Of a stretch of 64,000 bases of DNA, positions 19,994 through 29,688 are shown one piece after another (position 1 is the first letter of the stretch; each line of letters begins with the position of its first letter). The position numbers and the translations under genes were made by a program. Source of the DNA: an uncultured Planctomycetota bacterium (lineage in GTDB: Bacteria; Planctomycetota; Planctomycetia; Isosphaerales; Isosphaeraceae); NCBI GenBank assembly GCA_963737655.1, contig CAVTTN010000002.1, positions 4,736,001-4,800,000 on the forward strand, in the 5' to 3' direction. The notes beneath the pieces are model-generated. The model was not told the origin of the DNA. It did not search any database and worked only from the letters and a program-made list of their open reading frames with translations.

Positions 19994-21562
19994 ATGAGCG
20001 TTGACGCCTCGATCCCCGCCCGCCTGCGGATGGACGCGATCACCAAGAGCTTCGGGGGCGTCCACGCCCTCCGGGGCGTCTCCCTGGAGGCCCGGGCCGG
20101 CGAGGTCCACGCCCTCTGCGGCGAGAACGGGGCGGGCAAGTCCACCCTGATGAAGATCCTCGCCGGCGCCATCGCCGATTACGACGGGCAAATCGTCGTC
20201 GAGGGCCGCCCCGCCCGGTTCTCCGGCCCTCGCGACGCCGAAGACCTCGGCATCCGCATCATCTATCAAGAACTGAACCTGGTCCCCGACCTGACCGTCG
20301 CCGCCAACATCTTCCTCGGCCGGGAGCTCCGAAGGCCGCTCGGCTTGCTGGACAATCGCGCGATGGAGGCCCGCTCGCGGGAGCTCTTCGAGCGCCTCGG
20401 GACGCCGATCCGCCCCCGGGCCCGGGTCGGAGACCTCCGGATCGGCGATCAGCAGATGGTCGAGATCGCCAAGGCCCTGATGTTCTCGGCCTCGATCCTG
20501 ATCATGGACGAGCCCACCTCCGCCCTGTCCGACGCCGAGGTCGCCCGCCTCTTCCGGGTGATCGCCGACTTGCGCAAGGCCGGGACGACGATTCTTTACA
20601 TCTCCCACAAGATGAACGAGGTGTTCACCCTGGCCGACTCGGTCACGGTCCTCCGCGACGGCCGGTTCGTGGCCTCGGCCAGCCGAGAGGAGACCGACCC
20701 CGGCCAGGTCGTCCGCTGGATGGTCGGCCGGGAGATCGCCGCGCTGCACTTCGAGCCGAAGGTCGTCGAGGGCGAACCGCGGCTCCACGTCGAGAACCTC
20801 GGCCTCGCCAGCCCGGCCGACAGCGGGCGGCCCAACCTCTCGGGGATCACGTTCGACCTCCACCCGGGCGAGATCCTCGGCGTGGCGGGCCTGCTGGGCG
20901 CCGGCAGGACCGAGCTCCTGGAAGGGCTGTTCGGGGCCTCGGGATCGGTCCCCTCCGGCACGATCACGCTCGACGGCCAGCCCGCCCGGTTCCGCTCGCC
21001 GGGCCAGGCGATCGCCTCCGGCGTGGCCCTGGTCACGGAGGACCGCAAGAACCTCGGCCTCTTCGACAGGATGACGGTGGGCGAAAATATCTCGCTCTGC
21101 CGCCTCTCGGAGATGACGGCCGCGGGCCTCGTCAGCGGCCGGGCCGAGCGATCGGCCGTGAAGGAGCAAATCGGCAACCTCGCGATCAAGACCGCCGGGG
21201 CCGGGGCCCCGATCCTCAGCCTCTCGGGGGGCAACCAGCAGAAATGCATCCTCGGCCGATGGCTCCTGACCGAGCCCAGGCTCCTCCTGCTCGACGAACC
21301 GACCCGGGGCATCGACGTCGGGGCCAAGGCCGAGATCTACGCCCTGATGAAGAGGCTGGCCGATCAGGGAATGTCCATCCTCGTGACCTCCAGCGAGCTC
21401 CCCGAGCTCCTCGCCGTCTGCGACCGGATCCTCGTCCTCTGCGAGGGCCGCCTGACGGCCGACCTGCCCCGGTCCGAGGCCACCGAGGAAGCGATCATGC
21501 ACGCCGCAACCCAATTCCTCGACCGCTCGGCCGCAAGCCCCGACGCCGAGAACGCGGCCTGA
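19994..21562 (+). CDS. sugar ABC transporter ATP-binding protein (RbsA/MglA-like, two NBDs)
   Basis: GENGAGKST, MDEPT, YISH, EDRK, LSGGNQQK, DEPTRGIDVGAK. Confidence 0.95.
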   Translation: MSVDASIPARLRMDAITKSFGGVHALRGVSLEARAGEVHALCGENGAGKSTLMKILAGAIADYDGQIVVEGRPARFSGPRDAEDLGIRIIYQELNLVPDLTVAANIFLGRELRRPLGLLDNRAMEARSRELFERLGTPIRPRARVGDLRIGDQQMVEIAKALMFSASILIMDEPTSALSDAEVARLFRVIADLRKAGTTILYISHKMNEVFTLADSVTVLRDGRFVASASREETDPGQVVRWMVGREIAALHFEPKVVEGEPRLHVENLGLASPADSGRPNLSGITFDLHPGEILGVAGLLGAGRTELLEGLFGASGSVPSGTITLDGQPARFRSPGQAIASGVALVTEDRKNLGLFDRMTVGENISLCRLSEMTAAGLVSGRAERSAVKEQIGNLAIKTAGAGAPILSLSGGNQQKCILGRWLLTEPRLLLLDEPTRGIDVGAKAEIYALMKRLADQGMSILVTSSELPELLAVCDRILVLCEGRLTADLPRSEATEEAIMHAATQFLDRSAASPDAENAA

Positions 21563-21762
21563 CCGGATCGGCCGGAATCCGCGAGAATCAGAGGCCGGTA
21601 ATTCGCCCTGGGCAAGAGGGTGAACGAACGGTAGGCCGAGGGCTGCGTCCCCCGCGCTCAATCCGAGAGTGATCCGCCGGAGGCGAACCGTCTTGACTTC
21701 CCCGCCCGTTCGCCCCATCATGGGACAACTGTCCGAGTCTCTCCCGACGGGGCCCGAGTCTC

Positions 21763-22668
21763 ATGAGTCGTCGCGGGTTTACCTTGATCGAGCTGCTTGT
21801 GGTCGTGTCGATCATTCTGGTCTCGATCGCGATGCTCTTGCCGGCGATCGAGGGGGCGAAGGGGGCGGCTCGGCGGGCGAGCTGCCAGAATAATTTGAAG
21901 CAGGTCTCCCTGGCGTTGCTGATCTATCATCACGACGCCGAGGTTTTTCCTCCGGGGTTCGTCGATCACGGCCGGACCCGGGATGGGCGGCCCTCGCCGG
22001 GTTGGGGCTGGATGGCCGTCTTGCTGCCGAATATGGAGCAAGCCTCGCTTTCGAGGATGATCGACCTGGAAGCCCCGGTCGAGAGCGCCGACTTCAAGAC
22101 CGCCCGGATCGCCACGATCTCGACCTTGCTTTGCTCGGAGGACTTCCGCGTCCGGGAGAACGTCTTCATCGACACCCCCGGGCGGACCGGCCTGGAACTG
22201 TGCGAGGCGGCGCCGAGCAGCTATGTCGGGTCGTTCGGCACCGGCGACCCCGAGGCGGACCCGTCGCTCGGCGACGGGGTGTTCTTTCGCAACAGCCGGA
22301 TCGGCCTGGATGCCCTGCTGGATGGGTCGAGCACGACGATTCTGGTGGGCGAGCGTTCGAAGGGGGCCGGTCCGGCGATCTGGGCCGGGGTGATCCCGGG
22401 GCAGCTCTCGCCGCCCAAAGGGTTCGCGCCCCCGGCCGTGCGAATCCCGACGGGCCCGGGGCTGGTCCTCGGCTCGACGTTGGGCGACCCCGGGCCGAAC
22501 GCCTCGCCGCCCCGGCGGGCCGGTTTCTCCAGCCGTCACGACGGCGGCGCCCACTTCGCCTTCGGCGACGGCGGCGTGCGGTTCGTGACCGACGGCATCG
22601 GCCGGGAGGTCTACCGGGCCCTGAGCACCCGCCGGGGCGGGGAGATCGTCCCCGGCGAGGTGGAGTGA
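21763..22668 (+). CDS. DUF1559 prepilin-type N-terminal cleavage/methylation protein
   Basis: RRGFTLIELLVV, CQNNLKQ, DGSSTTILVGE, SRHDGGAHFAFGDG. Confidence 0.93.
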   Translation: MSRRGFTLIELLVVVSIILVSIAMLLPAIEGAKGAARRASCQNNLKQVSLALLIYHHDAEVFPPGFVDHGRTRDGRPSPGWGWMAVLLPNMEQASLSRMIDLEAPVESADFKTARIATISTLLCSEDFRVRENVFIDTPGRTGLELCEAAPSSYVGSFGTGDPEADPSLGDGVFFRNSRIGLDALLDGSSTTILVGERSKGAGPAIWAGVIPGQLSPPKGFAPPAVRIPTGPGLVLGSTLGDPGPNASPPRRAGFSSRHDGGAHFAFGDGGVRFVTDGIGREVYRALSTRRGGEIVPGEVE

Positions 22669-22684
22669 GCGGGCCGCCGTGCTC

Positions 22685-22920
22685 GGGTGGCATGATTACG
22701 AAGACGTAAGCATGTTTTTGATTGTGCCCTGACTAAAGACATGCTTACGCAGCTGTCACGCGACACGAAGTTATACCCCCTGAATTGTTCGACAATTTCA
22801 AGGGCCTTCGGACGCAACCGACGATTTTTCAAGCGTTTATACGAAGAAACGCCTGAAAATACAATCGCGGCGCGGGGGTATAACTTCGTGTCGCGTGACA
22901 CAGCCGTCAGCATGCCACCC
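22685..22920. repeat. REP doublet GGGTGGCATG-N-ACG-loop-CGT-N-AGCATG, second unit interrupted by a MITE
   Basis: Left unit 22685-22715; right unit 22739-22753 plus 22901-22920; uninterrupted relative at about 41004-41039. Confidence 0.8.
22754..22900. mobile_element. 147-bp MITE with 27-bp perfect terminal inverted repeats and 4-bp target duplication
   Basis: TGTCACGCGACACGAAGTTATACCCCC at 22754-22780 and its exact reverse complement at 22874-22900; CAGC at 22750-22753 and 22901-22904; AT-richer interior. Confidence 0.88.
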
Positions 22921-22934
22921 GGCTTGGAGGGAAT

Positions 22935-23792
22935 TCATGGCCGGGATTTGCGGACCGGGGGCGACCAGGGGGCCATGTCGGCCTGGTGGATCGCGCCGGA
23001 CTCGTCGTCCTGGGCCATCGCCACGACCTGGATCCGCGACGGGTCGCCGCCCCGGGGCAGCTCGACCGGGACGCGGACGGTCGTCTTGCCGTCGGCCTGG
23101 AGCGTGGTGGGGCGGATCTCCAGAGATCGGGCGGTAAACCTCGCGGCGTAGGTCTTTCCGGCGAGCTCGCCGGAGCCGACCTTCGTCGAGATCCCGTCCT
23201 GGACGACCAGGACCTCCACCAGAACGTCGTGCCCCTTCATCTCCTCGAACCGGGGCGAGAGCGTGACGACCGCCTCCCGGGATCGGTCCTTCGGCTCGCC
23301 CGAGAGGGTCAGGGCCAGGTCGACCTGGACGGGGACGGCCCGGGCCTTGCGGATGGCGTCCTTCGCCTTGGGCAGGGCCCGGGTGCCGGCCTTCGCGTCG
23401 TCGGTGCCGAGCATCGGGGCGCGGCCATCGACCATCAGGAGGGGGGTCAGGTAGAGGTAGCTCGGGTTGTTCAGGCCGTTCTCGCGGTCGTAGATCCGGC
23501 TGTAGCGCATCTCGCGCTCGCTGAACCTCGGGTCGGAGAACGGGTCGTGCCAGGGGTTATTGAAGTAATCCACATGAAAGGCGATCGGGATGATGGACTC
23601 GCCCTCGGCCAGGGCGCCGAGGGCCTTCTCGGCGGAGGGGCACATGTCGCATCCCTGGGAGGAGAAGAGTTCGACCACGACCTTCCGCTTCGCCGGGGGG
23701 CCGTCGGCCGAATGGGCGGGGATCGCGCCGGCGCCGGCGAGGGCGAGGCCGAAGACGAGGGCGGCGAGCGAGCGTTGGCGCGTCATATGCAC
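22935..23792 (-). CDS. DUF1223 thioredoxin-like secreted protein
   Basis: Signal peptide; VVVELFSSQGCDMCPSAE, FHVDYFN...WHDPFS. Confidence 0.85.
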   Translation of the reverse strand: MHMTRQRSLAALVFGLALAGAGAIPAHSADGPPAKRKVVVELFSSQGCDMCPSAEKALGALAEGESIIPIAFHVDYFNNPWHDPFSDPRFSEREMRYSRIYDRENGLNNPSYLYLTPLLMVDGRAPMLGTDDAKAGTRALPKAKDAIRKARAVPVQVDLALTLSGEPKDRSREAVVTLSPRFEEMKGHDVLVEVLVVQDGISTKVGSGELAGKTYAARFTARSLEIRPTTLQADGKTTVRVPVELPRGGDPSRIQVVAMAQDDESGAIHQADMAPWSPPVRKSRP

Positions 23793-24037
23793 TATCCTCT
23801 TCGCATGGTGTTCGGGGCACCCGCCCTGGAAGTCCCGGAGGATCGCCGAGGGGGTCGTGGGAGGGGTGACATCCTCCGCCCTGCCTGGCCGTACCTAGAT
23901 TAGTCGTTCCGGATCCGCCAGCGATTCGAAAGAAAATCGCGGGCCGCCCCCAACACCCTCGAGAGGACCGGCGACCGCCCGGCCCGGGCCGGGTTCGCGC
24001 TTCCGGCCGCCGGCCCGTCGGATAGAGACGTTTCCCC

Positions 24038-25249
24038 ATGATCGCCCCCGTCGCCGAATGTCCCCGGATCTGGCACCACCGCGACGACCCGGGCCTGCGA
24101 GCCCGGGAGAAGGCGTTGCTGGAGGCCCTGGGCGCTGAGGTCTCGGTCCTGGGCCAGATCGAGGATTTCGCCCGGGAGCTGGACGACCCCGGGGCCGACC
24201 TCGCCCTGGTCGAGGCCGACGGGCCGGCGCAGCCCCTGGCCCGGCTCCTGGAAGCCCTGGAGCGACTCGAAACGGCGACGGGCGACGAGCTTCCGTTGAT
24301 CGTCGTGGCCCGCGCCCAGGACGTCCCGAGGCTGTCCCGGAGGATGGCGGCGCGGTCCCACGCCGTCCTCCTGGCCGATCCGTTCGAGGCGGCCGAGCTC
24401 GTCTCGGCGGTCCGCTCGGCCCTGGCGCTGCGGGCCCGCCAGAGGGACCTCAAGATCCTCACGAACCGCCTCCGCCAGGCCGACGAGGAGCTCGACCGGC
24501 TCCGCCGAGAGGCCCAGGCCGAGGCCCGCCGACGGACGCAGTTCCTCGCCGCCGTGAGCCACGACCTGCGCACCCCGATCCACGAAATCAGCCTGGCTTG
24601 CGAGGTCGTCCAGGCCGCCGCCACCGATCCCCCGCTGCCCATCGACTGGGGCCGGCTGACCGAGGGCCTCCTGAACGGCGTCCGGACCCTCCGCGAGCTG
24701 GTCGAGGACCTCTTCGACATGGCCCGGCTGGACCTCGGCACCCTGGAGCTCCGCGAGGCCGCCTTCCCCCTCGAAATGTTCCTCGCCGCCGTGCTCGCGC
24801 CGGCCAGGGCCGAGGCGGAGGCCCGCAACCTGGCCTTCGTCGTCGAGAACCAGCGGCCCGGGGCGATCCTCAGGACCGATCCCGACCGGCTCGCCCGGGT
24901 GATGCGTAACCTGACGTCCAACGCGGTGAAGTTCACGGCGCGAGGCGAGATCCGCGTGGTCGTCCGCGAGGCGCCGGTGCTGGGCCTGGAGGTCTCGGTC
25001 ATCGATACCGGACGGGGGATCGCCCCGGAGGCCCTCGGCACGATCTTCGACGAGTTCGCCCAGCTTCACAACCCCGAGCGCGACCGGGCCAAGGGATCGG
25101 GCCTGGGCCTGGCGATCTCGCGGAGGCTGATCGAGAGCCTCGGCGGCTCGATCGAGGTCCGCAGCGCCCCGGGCCTGGGCAGCACCTTCACCATGACCGT
25201 CCCGGGGGTCGTGGTGGCGGACCGGACCGACCCGACCGTCGGGGGCTAG
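24038..25249 (+). CDS. cytoplasmic sensor histidine kinase with degenerate receiver-like N-domain
   Basis: AAVSHDLRTP, NLTSNAVKFT, DTGRGI, GSGLGLAI. Confidence 0.9.
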   Translation: MIAPVAECPRIWHHRDDPGLRAREKALLEALGAEVSVLGQIEDFARELDDPGADLALVEADGPAQPLARLLEALERLETATGDELPLIVVARAQDVPRLSRRMAARSHAVLLADPFEAAELVSAVRSALALRARQRDLKILTNRLRQADEELDRLRREAQAEARRRTQFLAAVSHDLRTPIHEISLACEVVQAAATDPPLPIDWGRLTEGLLNGVRTLRELVEDLFDMARLDLGTLELREAAFPLEMFLAAVLAPARAEAEARNLAFVVENQRPGAILRTDPDRLARVMRNLTSNAVKFTARGEIRVVVREAPVLGLEVSVIDTGRGIAPEALGTIFDEFAQLHNPERDRAKGSGLGLAISRRLIESLGGSIEVRSAPGLGSTFTMTVPGVVVADRTDPTVGG

Positions 25250-26538
25250 GGCTTGGCCTTCTCCTCCGGCTGGACCGAGATCGAGACCCGGCCGTCGGGC
25301 TTCAGCGGGATCGTGGCGTTCTTCTCGGCGACGCGGTAGCCCGGGAGGTCCAGGCGGAACGGCACGCTCCGCCCGCTCCAGGCGGCCGGGACGTTGGCCA
25401 CGGAGGCGAACCCCTTGATCACCGGGACCACCTTCGGCTCGTCGAGCTGGAGCGTCACCGAACCATCGGCCTGGACCACCGCGTTCTGGTCGTCCCCCAG
25501 GTGGAAGTAGATCGAGCCGTTGAACGCACCGGCGTTGTGGCGGCCGAGCTCGTCGGACCTCCGGACCACGACCCGATCGGTCGAATCCGGCGAGAGATCG
25601 AGCTGCTGCCCCTTCTCGGCGAGCTCGTAGCCGGGCAGGTCGAGCGTGAAGTTCACCTTCCGGCCCTTCAGGGCGATCGGCAGCCGGGCGACCGAGGCGT
25701 AGCCCTGGACGATCGGCACCGACTTGGGCTCGTCCAGCTGGAGGGTCACCGAGCCGTCGGCCGGGACCTTGTCATTCGGCGAGCCCGGGGAGTGGAAGTA
25801 GATGCCGGTCGTGAACGTCGGCTGGTCGGTCGAGATCGTCCCCTGAAAGATCAGGCCGATGATGAACACCGACGCCCACAACGCCGCCGCGCCTCCGAAC
25901 TTGACGTTCATGCCGAACGGGGACCCGCTGAAGCTCGCGTAGGTGTCGAAGAGCTTGAACAAGACCACCGCCGGGACCAACGCCACCAGGGCCAGCGCCG
26001 CGACCACGAAGACGCCCGAGGCATACCGAGGCAGCAGAAACGCGGACACCCCGTACAGGACCAGGGCCAGCAGAGCCAGGAACGACAGGCCGAAGACCCC
26101 CCCGAGGTTGCGGTTCTCCAGGGGGTTGGGCATGGCCTTCTCGGCCTGGACCTTCTCCCGGAACTCCTCGACCGAGTTGGACTTCGAGGCGAGGTCCGAG
26201 AGGTGCCTCATCAGCTCGACGATGCGGGCCGGATTGTCCTTGGGCAGCGGCAGGGTGAAGTGCTTCTTGCCCGGCCCCTCGATCCAAAGGCACGGCAGGT
26301 CGGTCCGCTGGAGGCCCGGGTAGCGAGACGATTCCACGGCCTTGTAGATGTCATCGACGTCCCCCTTGAGCACCGTCTCGGGGAGGATCACCGGCAGGGC
26401 GGCGCCGGTCATCGCGTTGAGCGCCTTGAGGTTGTCGCGGAAGTATTCGAAGACGACCGGCTCTTCGGGCGTGTAGAGCGGGATCGCCTGGAAGTGCTCG
26501 ACCTTCTTCTTCGCCGGGATCTTGGCCTTGGCGTTCAT
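25246..26538 (-). CDS. hypothetical membrane protein with tandem-duplicated C-terminal beta domain
   Basis: Three to four hydrophobic segments; two repeats of IYFH...ADGSVTLQLDEPK.VP...G.ASVA...LDLPGY..AEK. Confidence 0.75.
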   Translation of the reverse strand: MNAKAKIPAKKKVEHFQAIPLYTPEEPVVFEYFRDNLKALNAMTGAALPVILPETVLKGDVDDIYKAVESSRYPGLQRTDLPCLWIEGPGKKHFTLPLPKDNPARIVELMRHLSDLASKSNSVEEFREKVQAEKAMPNPLENRNLGGVFGLSFLALLALVLYGVSAFLLPRYASGVFVVAALALVALVPAVVLFKLFDTYASFSGSPFGMNVKFGGAAALWASVFIIGLIFQGTISTDQPTFTTGIYFHSPGSPNDKVPADGSVTLQLDEPKSVPIVQGYASVARLPIALKGRKVNFTLDLPGYELAEKGQQLDLSPDSTDRVVVRRSDELGRHNAGAFNGSIYFHLGDDQNAVVQADGSVTLQLDEPKVVPVIKGFASVANVPAAWSGRSVPFRLDLPGYRVAEKNATIPLKPDGRVSISVQPEEKAKP

Positions 26539-27053
26539 CGGCTGCACGCCTCCCACGCGTCCTTCAACTCCTCGGGCGTCGCCTTGCGGTCGTCGGGCAG
26601 ATGGCCCGCCATGCAGTCCGGGGACGGGACGTTGTTGACCCCGCCGCCGACCAGGACCGTATAGGCGATGTGATGAAGCAGCCGGTGCCGCCAGAGGGGC
26701 GGGTGGGCCGCCCCGGGGAAGAGGTTGCGGGAGACCTCCGCGGCCAGATCGACCAACCGGCCTCCCAGGTCGGTCAGGGGGGAGGCGGACCTCAGCCCCA
26801 CTCGCCCCAGGGCGTCGGCCGTCGAGTGGCCGGCGGCGATCTCCGAGGCCACGGCGCCGGCGGCGGCCTCGATCAGGAGGTGGGTCGCCTCGGTCGGCGG
26901 CCCCTCGGAGGACCGGGCCCGGTCGAACTCGTCCAGGATCGCCTCGACCCGGGCCGGAGGCAACCGCAAGAGCCAGTCGCCTCGACCGACGGGGGCCTCG
27001 CTCTCGCGGCCCGGTCCGGACGACCATTCCGGGAGGGTGCCAAACGACGACAT
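26535..27053 (-). CDS. hypothetical protein coupled to the downstream membrane protein
   Basis: ATGA overlap at 26535-26538; start at MSSFGTLPEW uncertain. Confidence 0.5.
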   Translation of the reverse strand: MSSFGTLPEWSSGPGRESEAPVGRGDWLLRLPPARVEAILDEFDRARSSEGPPTEATHLLIEAAAGAVASEIAAGHSTADALGRVGLRSASPLTDLGGRLVDLAAEVSRNLFPGAAHPPLWRHRLLHHIAYTVLVGGGVNNVPSPDCMAGHLPDDRKATPEELKDAWEACSR

Positions 27054-27341
27054 GGGCGGCTCCGAAGGAGAGGAACGGGCCCGACGAGCCGGGCAAGCCC
27101 GGATCGGGCGTCGCCGGATGGCCCCACGAGCCGAACTCGCCCGGTTCGGAGGGGAGGTCGCGGGGCCGGCGAGCATCGAGGCGCCGTGATCCCATTGAAA
27201 TTCCGCGCCGGGGCCGAGTCCAGTAAAAAATGGCGAGATCACGGCCGGATTTCGGCCGCCATCGTCCCGACCCCTCAGCGATCCTCGCCCAGGGCAAGGC
27301 CGGATCCTCCTCCCGGGCCACGTCGCCGGAAGTGTCCCGGA

Positions 27342-27408
27342 TGGCACGGGTTCGGTCCTCGGAACCCGGCGGGACGGCCCACGGCTTCCGAGGACGGAAC
27401 TCATTCCA
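27342..27408. repeat. palindromic REP-like doublet, copy 2 (degenerate)
   Basis: TGGCACGGGTTCGGTCCTCGGAACCCG..GGACGGCCCACGG.TTCCG aligns with the reverse complement of 2450-2517. Confidence 0.7.
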
Positions 27409-27549
27409 ACCGAAGGCTTTCCGAAGAATCCTCGTCCGGACGAGGAAACGGCCCTATCGCCAGAGGGCTTGCCGGGAGCCGTCCGGGTCGGCAAAGTGGA
27501 GGCGCGTCGGGGCGGGCCCCGACCCGGGGCGAGGCGGGCGGGGGCGGGA

Positions 27550-28332
27550 TTGGCCGATCGATTCATCGCACAGTTCGGCTACCTCGGGATCGTCCTGGTC
27601 CTGATCCTCGGCGGGCTCGGCCTTCCCGTGCCCGAGGAGGCGCCGATCCTCGTCGGTGCCATCCTCTCCCGCCAGGGCAAGATGTTCTGGCCCCTGGCGC
27701 TGGCCTCGTGCTTCGCCGGGGTCCTGATCGGCGATTTCGTCGTCTATGCCCTGGGCTACTTCCAGGGCGAGAACGTCCTGAAATTCCCCATCACCCGCCG
27801 CTTCCTGACCCGCGAGCGTGAGGCCCAGATCAAGGGCTATTTCCACCGTCACGGCATCCGCATCCTGATCACCGGCCGGTTCGTCCCCGGGTTCCGGACC
27901 GCCGCCTACCTGACCGCCGGAATCCTCCGCCTGCCCCCCCTCAAACTCTTCCTGGCCGACCTCTGCGCCGCCTCGATGAGCACGTTGTTGATGTTCGGTC
28001 TCGGTTACTACTTCACCCATTACATCGAAACCGGCTGGAAGAGGACGCAGGGCTATCTCGTGGTGGGCGCGGGGGTTGCGGTGGCCGTCTACTTCATCCA
28101 CCGGCACTACAAGGCGCAGAGGAGAGGAGGCTTGCCGGTCGGCCCGCCCGTCCCCGTGACCGACGAGGTCCCCGTCCCCGTCGATGACCTCCGCTCGGGG
28201 ATCCTCAAGCTCGAAAAGGTGACGCCCCCGCCCGAACCCGAACCCGAGCCTGAGCCCGCCCCGCCCGAATGCCCCATCATCCAGGCCGACACCGTCTCCA
28301 TCGCCGAACCACCTCAACCCTCGGGTGCATGA
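27550..28332 (+). CDS. DedA family membrane protein
   Basis: GLGLPVPEE, GDFVVYALG, GRFVPGFR; start uncertain (TTG 27550). Confidence 0.9.
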   Translation: MADRFIAQFGYLGIVLVLILGGLGLPVPEEAPILVGAILSRQGKMFWPLALASCFAGVLIGDFVVYALGYFQGENVLKFPITRRFLTREREAQIKGYFHRHGIRILITGRFVPGFRTAAYLTAGILRLPPLKLFLADLCAASMSTLLMFGLGYYFTHYIETGWKRTQGYLVVGAGVAVAVYFIHRHYKAQRRGGLPVGPPVPVTDEVPVPVDDLRSGILKLEKVTPPPEPEPEPEPAPPECPIIQADTVSIAEPPQPSGA

Positions 28333-28389
28333 CCGGCACCAAGCCCGGGGCGGCCATCGGCCACCCACAAACTCTTCAAGTCACCGCCC

Positions 28390-29688
28390 ATGACCGATCT
28401 TCCACCGATTGCCCAGGTCCGCCAAAGGCTCCACGGCCCCGAGGTCGCGAACGTCCCGCAAGCCATCGCCCAGACGATCCTCGCGTCCCGGATCCGCGAA
28501 CGCATCAGGCCGGGCGGCTCCGTGGCCCTGACGGTCGGCTCTCGGGGGATCGCCGGAATTGCTCAGATCGCCCAATCGGCCGTCGCGACCCTCCAGGCGC
28601 TCGGCTTCGCCCCGTTCGTAGTCGCCGCGATGGGCAGCCACGGCGGAGGGACGGCCGATGGCCAACGCGCCCTCCTCCGGGAGCTCGGCGTGACCGAGGA
28701 TTCGGTCGGCTGCCCGATCCGGTCGGACATGGAGACCGTCGAACTCGGGACGAACAGCTTCGGATTGCCGATCTGCTTCGACCGCAACGCCTTCCACGCC
28801 GACGGCATCGTCCTTTTGAACCGGATCAAGCCGCACACCTCGTTCACCGGACGCTACGAAAGCGGACTTTTGAAGATGCTGGCCATCGGCCTGGGCAAGC
28901 GCGAGGGGGCCGCGCAGGTCCACAAGCTCGGGCTGCCGGGCTTGGCCAAACTGCTTCCCGAAGTCGGCGGGTTCCTCCTCGGGACGACCCCGGTGGCGCT
29001 CGGCCTGGCCCTCCTGGAGAACGCCGAGGAGAAGACCGCCCGCGTGGTGGGCGTCGAGCCCGAGGACCTGCTCGAAATCGAACCAAAACTGCTCGACGAA
29101 GCACGAATCCTGATGGCTCGGCTGCCGTTCGAGCAGATGGACGCGCTGATCGTCGGCGAGCTCGGCAAGAACTACAGCGGGACCGGCCTCGACCCCAACG
29201 TGATCGGCCGGCAGAGGGTCGAGACGATGCCGGACTTGCCCCGGCCGGTCGTCACAAGGCTTGCCGTGCTCGACCTTTCGGACGAGACCAAGGGAAACGC
29301 CCTGGGGATCGGCCTGGCCGACCTGACCACCGATCGCCTCGTCCGAAGGATCGATCCCGAGCCGATGCGCATCAACTCGCTCACGAGCAACTTCTTGACC
29401 CGGGCCCGCGTCCCGCTTTCCCTGCCCACCGACCGCGACGTGATCGCCGCGAGCCTGGACACCTGCTGGAGGGCCGACCGGTCGGAGGCGAGGATGGTCC
29501 TGATCCCCAACACCCTCGAATTGACCTCGCTCTGGGTCACCCCGCCGATGGCAGACGAGGTCGAGGCGCATCCGAACCTCAAATTCGACACCGATTTCCG
29601 GCAAATCCCCCTGGACGAATCCGGCGCGCTGGACCAGGAATCGCTGTTCCCGGAGAGCGTCCGGGCAAGGCGAGGACACCGCCGATGA
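28390..29688 (+). CDS. lactate racemase N-terminal-like (DUF2088/DUF362) protein
   Basis: VGSRGI, AMGSHGG, NRIKPHT, GLLKMLAIGLGK, GKNYSGTGLDPNVIGR. Confidence 0.8.
   Translation: MTDLPPIAQVRQRLHGPEVANVPQAIAQTILASRIRERIRPGGSVALTVGSRGIAGIAQIAQSAVATLQALGFAPFVVAAMGSHGGGTADGQRALLRELGVTEDSVGCPIRSDMETVELGTNSFGLPICFDRNAFHADGIVLLNRIKPHTSFTGRYESGLLKMLAIGLGKREGAAQVHKLGLPGLAKLLPEVGGFLLGTTPVALGLALLENAEEKTARVVGVEPEDLLEIEPKLLDEARILMARLPFEQMDALIVGELGKNYSGTGLDPNVIGRQRVETMPDLPRPVVTRLAVLDLSDETKGNALGIGLADLTTDRLVRRIDPEPMRINSLTSNFLTRARVPLSLPTDRDVIAASLDTCWRADRSEARMVLIPNTLELTSLWVTPPMADEVEAHPNLKFDTDFRQIPLDESGALDQESLFPESVRARRGHRR

Noticed and set aside
22764..22890. ATAACTTCGT in the MITE TIRs resembles a loxP arm
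   Set aside because: Only 10 of 13 bases match, and the arms are about 100 bp apart rather than flanking an 8-bp spacer; TSD and TG..CA ends fit a DDE-type element better
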